This document shows, piece after piece, positions 45,101-54,100 of a DNA stretch of 64,000 nt (position 1 is the stretch's first letter; every line of letters begins with the position of its first letter). The DNA comes from Candidatus Omnitrophota bacterium (lineage in GTDB: Bacteria > Omnitrophota > Gorgyraeia > Gygaellales > Profunditerraquicolaceae), in assembly GCA_041650835.1 (NCBI GenBank), contig JBAZKL010000002.1:538435-602434 (forward strand), given 5' to 3'. The translations under genes and the position numbers were made by a program. The notes under the pieces are model-generated. The model saw nothing but the letters and a program-made list of their open reading frames with translations, searched no databases and was not told the origin of the DNA.

Positions 45101-48100
45101 CGCGATAGAGCCGTGCTTTGTCCAGGTTACGGGGTAGGTACTGCCCACATCCCAGGATTCCGTCCCATTATTCGGGCTGGCAACGGTGAGTGACCCGTGG
45201 ATCTTAAAGAACCCGCCGGAAACCGCCATCGCGTTGGCATTGGCCGGATCGGATATCCTAACCTTACCGCTTGTCGTGATCGCGTCAGGCACAGCCCAGG
45301 GGTATGTCCCGGAGTTAGTAGCGTTATTGGTAATAACAGAATAATCGGTGCCGCCGTTAGAAGAATATTCTATTTTTACTTCCGTTACCGCGGAACCATA
45401 ACGGTCCCAGGTAATATCATAAGAAGAATCGACCGTCAAAGAACTGCCGTTGGCGGGTGTATTGATGATAAAGCTGGCGATAATATTAAAGGTGGCATCA
45501 GACTCATCATTCGTCACCGCTTCATTATCAGCGTCGGCGATCTTGATCTTGACCGCATTCGAAACATGGTCGGGGATCGGATTCCAGTTCCATGAAGAGA
45601 CCGCGCCGGTATCAACCGTAGCGATCGGCGTTACTTCATACCCTGAACCGTAATCAACGTAAATATTGGCATTGCCGATGGTCCCGGTCTTTGTCCAGGT
45701 TATATTCTTATCGGTAGTATTGACCGGCCAGTTATTTCCGCCGTTCGGGATCTGGATCGTCAGGGTCCCTGCGATATTAAATACATTGGAAAGGCCGAAG
45801 GTATTGTTATTCAAAGAATCCATAACTTTGACCACAACGTTATTACTGATATTATCCGTAACCACGTTCCAATCGCACTGTCCGAGTGTCGCGTCCCTGC
45901 CGGTAGTTATCGTCTTATCGAAGGGGCCGTTACTGCCGTTAGTGCTATAGAGGACATCGACAGAACTTACTTTAGTTGAACCATTCAGGCTCCACTTTAC
46001 TCCGTTAGGATAGCTGGAACCTACCCGGATATTTGCTCCCGTAAGCGGCTCTGAAACCGTGATCACCGGCCGCATGGCGAATACTTCGGATACACCGTAT
46101 GAATCATCGTAGTTGTTGGCGTCGGAAACACGGATATAAGCGGTCTCTGAATTCTCATCGGCAACCCCCGCCGACCAGGTATAGGTATTCGGGCCGATTG
46201 TATGCCCTGCGTCATCAGCGGCGATAACCGTATAGGCGCCGCCCGCTGAAGTTTTATATTCGATCTTGACGTTCGTGATACTTGCGGTAGCATCCCAGGT
46301 GATATCTTTAGTAGTCTGTCCTTTATACCAAACCTGGCCTGTCTTAGGATTAGTCGTCGTAATAGCGCCGAAGATCTTGAATATCGCGTCGGAGGTATCG
46401 GTAACCAGCTCCGGATGATGGTCAGGGTCGCTGACACGGATCTTGACCGTATTACTCACATTATTCGGGATGACCCAATCATAACTCTGCTGCACGCCAC
46501 TTGCCCCCGCAGGCTGGGTAATATCTAAAAATGTGCTGGTAAAATCATCGATAGAAGCTTCTAATCGAACACTCGTAAAAGTCCCTGCCGGTGTCCAACG
46601 GATCTGACGGGTCGAACCTACGGTCCATTTCTCTCCTCCGTTAGGCGCGTTCAACGCGACTGACCCGATAATGGTAAAACTATTCGCGGATTCCATATAA
46701 CAATCATCGTTATCTTTATCGACTATCTTGACCTTAAGGTGCTTGCCGATGATCTGATTAGGGACATCCCAGGCATAGGTAGGCGGAGCAACAGGCACGC
46801 CCGCGACGGTCGTGATCTCATTGGGATAGGTAACGCCGTCATTGATAGAATAATATATACGCACATTCAGTATCGGCCCGGTCTTTGACCAGGTAATGCT
46901 GTAGGGAACGCCTCCATAAGTCATAATGATATTGTCAAGTGTAGGCGTTAAAAGAGTAAGAGTGCCTTTGATCATAAAATTATCTGAAGTACCATACACC
47001 GTAGCGTATGCCGCGTCCGCTACTTTTATCTTGGCGAGATCTTTCGAAAGGATATCCTGATTCGTTGGGATCGTCCATTGATAGGTATTAGCGCCTTGGG
47101 CGACCGCTAAATTAGAAACTATTGTGTAGGTATAATTACTTCCCCCGTCTTTGGAATAAGTGATATTAACATTATCGATCTTTCCGATAACGTTGAATAC
47201 AATATCCTTGAGCTCACCGACGATCCATGTATCGGTTGAAACCGGTTCAGTCACGGTTACATTACCATGGACCCAGAAGCTCACCGACTCTTTTTGTGTC
47301 GCCGGCTGATCCGGGGTCGCGGCGGTGATACGTATCTTACAGTTCGGCGAAGAAGTCGTAATGGGAACGGTCCATAAATAACTCCCCGAATTCGGGGCAG
47401 AAGCTGCGATCGTCGACCAGTCTGAACCGTCGAAGAATTCTATTTTAACATTATTTACCGCGGCACCCAGCGTCGTCCAGGTTATCTCATAGGGATCGCC
47501 TGAAATCAATGGAGCTCCGTCCGGATTCGAGATCGTGAACGTGCCGATAATATGGAATACCGCGTCACTCTCGTCATAGGTGACCGCTTCATTATCCGAA
47601 TCGGTGATCTTGATCTTGACGGCGTTGGAAACATGGTCGGGGACCGGATTCCAGTTCCAGGAAGAAACAGTACCGGTATCGACGGTAGCAAGCGGTGTCG
47701 GATCATAGCCTGCGCCATAATCGACATAAATATAGGCATTGCCGATCGTCCCCTGTTTTGTCCAGGTAATATTCTTATCAATCGCCCCTACCGCCCAGTC
47801 ATTGGCGCCGTTGGGCTGCTGCACAGTGATCCTACCGACGATCTGAAAAGCATTCGAGAGCCCATAGGTATTTGCGTTCAAAGTATCGATGATCTGCACC
47901 ACGACATTATTGCTCATGGTATCGCTGACCACATTCCAGTTGCAGGTCCCCAGCGTTGCGTCAACGCCGCTGGCGATAGTCTGGTTAAACGGCCCGCCGC
48001 TTCCAACAGTGCTGTATTTGACATCGACAAGGCTTACCTTCGTCGAACCGTTCAGGCTCCATTTGACCCCGCTCGCATAGGTAGAGCCGACCCTGATATT

Positions 48101-51100
48101 GAATCCGGCTACCGGCTCACTTACCGTGACCACCGGACGGATCGCGAAGACCTGAGAAACGCCATACGAATCATCATAGTTATTGACGTCGGAAACCCTG
48201 ATATAACAGGTCTCTGAATTCTCATCGGCAACGCCCGCGGTCCAGGTATACGAGTTTGCCCCTATCGTATGCCCCGCGCTATCGGCTACTATAGTGGAAT
48301 ATCCGCCGCCGGCAGTCGTCTTATATTCGATCTTGACATTGGTAATACTCGCGGTAGCATCCCAGGTAACATCTTTAGTAGTCTGCCCTTTAAACCAAAC
48401 CTGGCCTGTAGCGGGATTAGATACCGAAATACCGCCGAAGATCCGGAACGCCGCATCCGACTCGTCTTTTGCCAATTCAGGATGATGATCCGGGTCGCTG
48501 ACACGGATCAAAACATTATTACTGACATTATTGGTAACTACCCAATCATAACTTTGTTGTACTCCGCTTGCGCCCGCCGGCTGGGTAATATCTAAAAAGG
48601 AAGAAACGAAATTATTGATCGATGCCTGTATACGGGCATTGGTAAAGGTCCCGGTCGGGGTCCATTGGATCTGCCTGGTTGACCCGACGGTCCATTTTTC
48701 GCTGCCGTTAGGCGCGACTACCGCTATCTGGCCGATGATCTCAAAAGTATTAGTGGAAACACCGAACGCATCGGTCAAATTGTCCTTGTCGGCGACTTTT
48801 ACTTTCAGGTGTTTACCGATTATATGGTTAGGAATATCCATAGGATAACTTGCCGGGACTGACGGTACACCGGCGGCATCGGTAAGTTCAAAGGGATAGG
48901 TAACTCCGTCATTAATGGAATAATAGATCCTGACATTCTGTATCGGCCCGGTTTTCGACCAGGTAATAGTATACGGGACTCCTCCATAGGTTAAGATAAT
49001 ATCATTTGCGTCAGGCGTAAGCACCGCGATAGTCCCTTTGATCATAAAATTCGCGGATGTGCCGTAAACCGTAGCGTACGCGGCATCTTCTATCTTAAGC
49101 TTAGCGAGGGTGGCGGAAAGTATATCCTGATCGGTCGGAAGCGTCCATTGATAGGTATTAGCGCCGCTGACGACCGGAACATTAGCAGCTACACTGTATG
49201 AATAGGGCTCCCCACCGGTATTAGAGCAGGAGATATTGACATTATCGATGTCGCCGGTAATGGTAAAGGTAACATCCTGCAGCGTCCCCACGGTCCATTT
49301 ACTGGTTATCGTCGGGGAAGTAACGGTGACTCTCCCGTGGATCCAGAAGACCGAAGATTCCTTTTCTGAAGAAGGCTGCTCGGGAGTTTGCGCGGTGATC
49401 CTGGTTTTACAATTCGGTGAAGACGTAGTTGAAGGAACGGTCCAGGGATAATTCCCGCTATTATCATAAGCGGCATTCAACGTCGACCAGGCAGTCCCGT
49501 CATAAAACTCAATTTTGACTTTTGTTACCGCCGTACCATTGGTTGTCCAGGTAATAGGGTTGGAATCCCCGGAAGTAAGCGGTGCCCCGTTAGGGCTGGT
49601 AAAGCTAAAGCTTCCCACAATGTGGAACACTGCGGCTGATTCATCAAAAGTATAAGCCTCATTATCGGCATCCGTGATCTTTATCTTAACATTATTGGAA
49701 ACCTCATCAGGGATGGACGGCCAGGTCCAGGAAGAAACAGATTCGGCATCCGCGGTCCCGATGGGCGCGACCTCATAGCCGGAGCCATAATCAACGTAAA
49801 ATTTCACTGTTCCGATTGTTCCCAGTTTTGTCCAAATTATATCCCGGTTAGTTTCGCCCACGGTCCAGTCTTCATTACCGTCAGGCTGCGTTAAAGTAAC
49901 CGAACCGATGATGCGGATAACACCCGACAAACCATAAACATTCGTATTCCCCGAATCAACAACTTGCACGACGACATTGCCGCTTAAGGTATCGTTGACA
50001 TTATCCCAGTTGCACCCACCGAGTGTGGCGTCAACGCCGGAAGCAATTGTTTGATTGAAAGGGCCGCCGCTACCGGTAGTGCTGTAAAGGACATTGACCG
50101 TGCTTACTTTTGTGGAACCGTTCAAGCTCCAGGCAACGGCATTGGGATAACTTGACTGCACGGTAAAATTAGCTCCCGCGACAGGCGCGGAAAGAGTGAT
50201 CTTCGGCCGTAAAGAAAACATTTCCGATATCCCCTCTACTTCGGTATTATTCACATCGGATACCCTGATATAGCAGGTATCGGATTTTTCATCAGGGACC
50301 CCTGCAGACCACATATAGGAATTACTGCCTTCAGTGTGGCTGGGATCATTAGAGATAATAGTGGTATACGAACCACCTAAGCTCGTTTTATATTCTATTT
50401 TAACATTGGTGACCGTTCCCACCGCGGTCCAGGCAATACTCCTGTTAGTATCTCCTTTATACCAGACATCACCGCTCCCCGGAGCAGTTACCTGCAGAGA
50501 ACCTTTAATGGTAAAATTATCCGACTCAGTCGACGCAGGGATAGGATCGGAATCGATGGTGCTGACCTTGATCTTGGTGTTCGGGCCGAGCGCGTCAGGG
50601 ACAGTCCAGTTAAATCCAAAGCCATTGGTAAGTTCCGTGGCAAACTGGGTATAGACTCCGCCATTGGTATTCCAATAAAGATTGACCTGAGCAATAGTCC
50701 CTTTGGTTACCCAATCGATGGAATGAGACGTCCCCTTGACCCATTTATCGGTCGCAAGTGGGCTGGTAAAAGTAAATCCGCCTTTGATGGTAAACGCGGT
50801 AGGAGAAACATTTTCCACGGGAATAGGATCGGAAGAAACCAGGATCGCCTTTACTAATAAATTATTCCCGATAGCATCCGGGATAGGATTCCAGGTATAC
50901 GATAAGCTGTTGATCGCCACGTTATTGGTAATAGAATTAATATAATTATCCACGCCGCCATTAACGGAATATTTCAATTGAAGGTCTCCGGCGAATTTCT
51001 GATAGGTCCAGGTTACCGCGCGGGTTGTATCGCCAACAGTCCAAATGTCACCGTTAACCGGATGGGTCACGTCCAAGGTCCCTATGGTAAAACTAACCGG

Positions 51101-54100
51101 AGAAGTCTTATTGATGGAAGTATCATTAATAAGTTCGATATAGATCTTTCCGGTATTGGAAATATTGCCTACCGGGATGCTCGGCCAGGTCCAGGTACCG
51201 TCACTGGCGGGAACGCCCAAGACAGGCAGCTCCGCGATAGTGCTGAAGGTCACTCCATCGGGTGCGTATTTGATCCTCACATTGCCGATAGCTGTCCCTT
51301 GAGCGGACCAGGTAATATCGTGAGATGTTGCGGCGAGCCAGTTCTCCCCTCCCACCGGGCTGGTTAAAGTCAATTTGGGCCTGACGATAAAAGCGGGTGA
51401 ATCGCTGTCGGGGGTGATCGGATTGACATCATCACCGAGATACTGAGCGACTTTGATCTTGGCACTTGAACCGACCATCCCTTCATCAACCGCCGCCCAG
51501 TTATATGCTGACGGCGCACTCGGAACATGCGCGATCAAATGCCAGGGCGCGTTGCCGTCTTTGGACCACCATAACGCGACATTAGCCATGGCGCCATTGA
51601 CCTGCCAGGTAATATCAGCGGGGTCGGTCACCGTCCAAGTCGCGCCTGTCGTAGGGGTCAATAATTCCACTGAAGACAAAATTTTAAAATCAGCGTCTGA
51701 AGCATCTTCAACCTGCAAGTCTGCCGCCTGGTCGCTGATAACTTTCACGCGGATAGTAGTGCTGATCGCGGTAACAGGAATATCCCAATCATAGGTGCCT
51801 GTCGTTGTTCCCGCCGGCTGATTTGCCGCGATAGTATCAAAATAATCGGCGCCGCTGTTCTTGGAATATTTCAAGGTTACCGTAGCAAAGGTGCCTTTTT
51901 TATTCCAGGTAATATTTTCATGGGTCTGAGCAAGCCATTCTTCCGGGCCGTTGGGCGCGGTTATCTCTAAGACGCCTTTTATGTAGAAATTCGCGTCAGA
52001 TTCATCATGGACATTGGCTTCGTCATTATTAAGGTATACTTTTATCCTGCGGTCATTACCTATTGAATCAGGAATACCGACAATACCGGCATCAGGATCT
52101 TCCCAGGTCCATTGACAGGAATTGCCGGAACAAACATCTGCCTGTAATAAGCCGGTTACTACTTGATAGGTATAACTTGAACCGCCGGTCTCAGAAAGCT
52201 TCATGGAAAAGCTATAGCCCGCGTCATGCGCGGGGTCAAAATTACCGGCCTTATCCCACTGTATATTTCTATTGGTATCTCCCACATACCACACTTCCGT
52301 CCCATTATTAGGAGAGGTCACCGCAACAGTACCTTTGATCTCGAAGTTCGCGTTTGAATCGTCATATTGCCGGTCAGCCGTAACAGTCCCTGTAACAATA
52401 AGCCTTACGCGCAGATCATTCTGCATAAGATTAGTCCCACCCAAGGTATCTAGAATATTCCAGGCATAATAATCCTGTGTCGCGGTAACAGCAGTGGTAA
52501 TAGTAAGAGGATACGTACTGCCTCCGTCGGACGACAACAAAATATCCACGGTTTGCCCCTCTAACACATCAGCGTGTTTCCAGGTTATTCTCCCTGTGCC
52601 GGTGGTCGCTCCTGTGTCACCCACATGCCAGACTTCCCCGCCGTTAGGAGTTTTGATTGTCAAAGGCGTCAATTCCGCCACGAACCATTCAATATCAATA
52701 TTTGCGGCTGTAGTGGTATTACGGCGGCTAAAAGCAATTTTATTAGCGGCAGAAGGGATTGCATAGGTCCCGGTTATTGAACCGTCTAAGCCAAATTTTT
52801 GTAACGTAAGGTCATACGCATTAGAAACCCAGAGTGAACCTCCGCCATATTCAATATCAAATGGATTGGTATTTGTGGTATACCGGGCTATAACACCATC
52901 ATCTCCACTTGGTGCTGTGGGAAGAACTTTACAAAGAATGTTAGAGCCGTAATGCACGGTCCAGATATTGGTACCGTCATATGTAACCGCTTGAGGTTGA
53001 AGATCAGGATAATAGGTAGCTCTTGTGGCTATCGCTGAACAACGTATTCTGATAAGCGCGTTATCGCGCAGGTTACACAGCCACATTGTAGGATATCCGA
53101 CCGTAGCGGTAGTATCGGCATAACGGATCCTGGAATAGTTACGATTGACAGCCCCTATATCGGTATGGGTGGAAGCGCCTGTTGTACAAACATAATAACT
53201 CACCCTGTCGCTTGAGGTCCCGACCCAATAAGCAACCCACATCCTGTTCTGGCTGGGGTCATAGGCAATGGTAGAAGGTTTCGCAGTCGCGCTAACAGCG
53301 GCGTAAGTTCCAACCAAGCCACCGGTAGCGGCAGTCCGTTTAGTAACATTAAATGAACCGAAATTGGCGGTCCACACGGAATTAGAAGTAGCGTCAAAAG
53401 CAATATCCATCGGCTGTGTGCCGACGGCATAGGTACCGATTAATGCGCCGGTATCGGCGTTTAATTTGGTAACATTATCCGAATCGAAGTTAGCCACCCA
53501 TACTGCGGTATTCTGTGAATCATAACAAACCGCCACAGGCCTGCTTCCGGTAGTGTATGAACCTGTTAAAGCACCGGTTGCGGCATCGAACTTATACACT
53601 TTATTTTCCAAGGCTTTCGTGACCCACACTGCAGGGGTTGCGGTCGGCGCATAACAAAGCCCCTGGATATAATTAAGATCGATTGATTCCCTGATTTCAT
53701 CTTCATAGCTATTAGTCGTACTATTTGGACCGGAGACGGAAGCAATAGGGAAAGACCGGGAAGAATCAAAAGCCGGATTCAACGCCGCAGTAGTGTAGTC
53801 CGTTCCGCTTGCGACAGAAAGGCCTCCCTTTTGCACCTTTGTGCTTGGGTCAGAAAAATAAATAACATAGTATTTTATATAATTCTTTCGCAGAGTAGTT
53901 GCGCCTTCGGAATATGAATGAGTGAATGTTACCCCTACATTACCGGAGCCGTCGTCACCCAGCGTGCCCCTGACCGCGTAACGGCCTTCGACGCCGGCGA
54001 TATTCTGCTCGGCCCTTGTATTAAATATCAAAAGGCATTTATCGACATTAGCAATAGGGATCGCAGCGCCCGGAAGTGTTTCAGCCACACTTGCTGAAGT

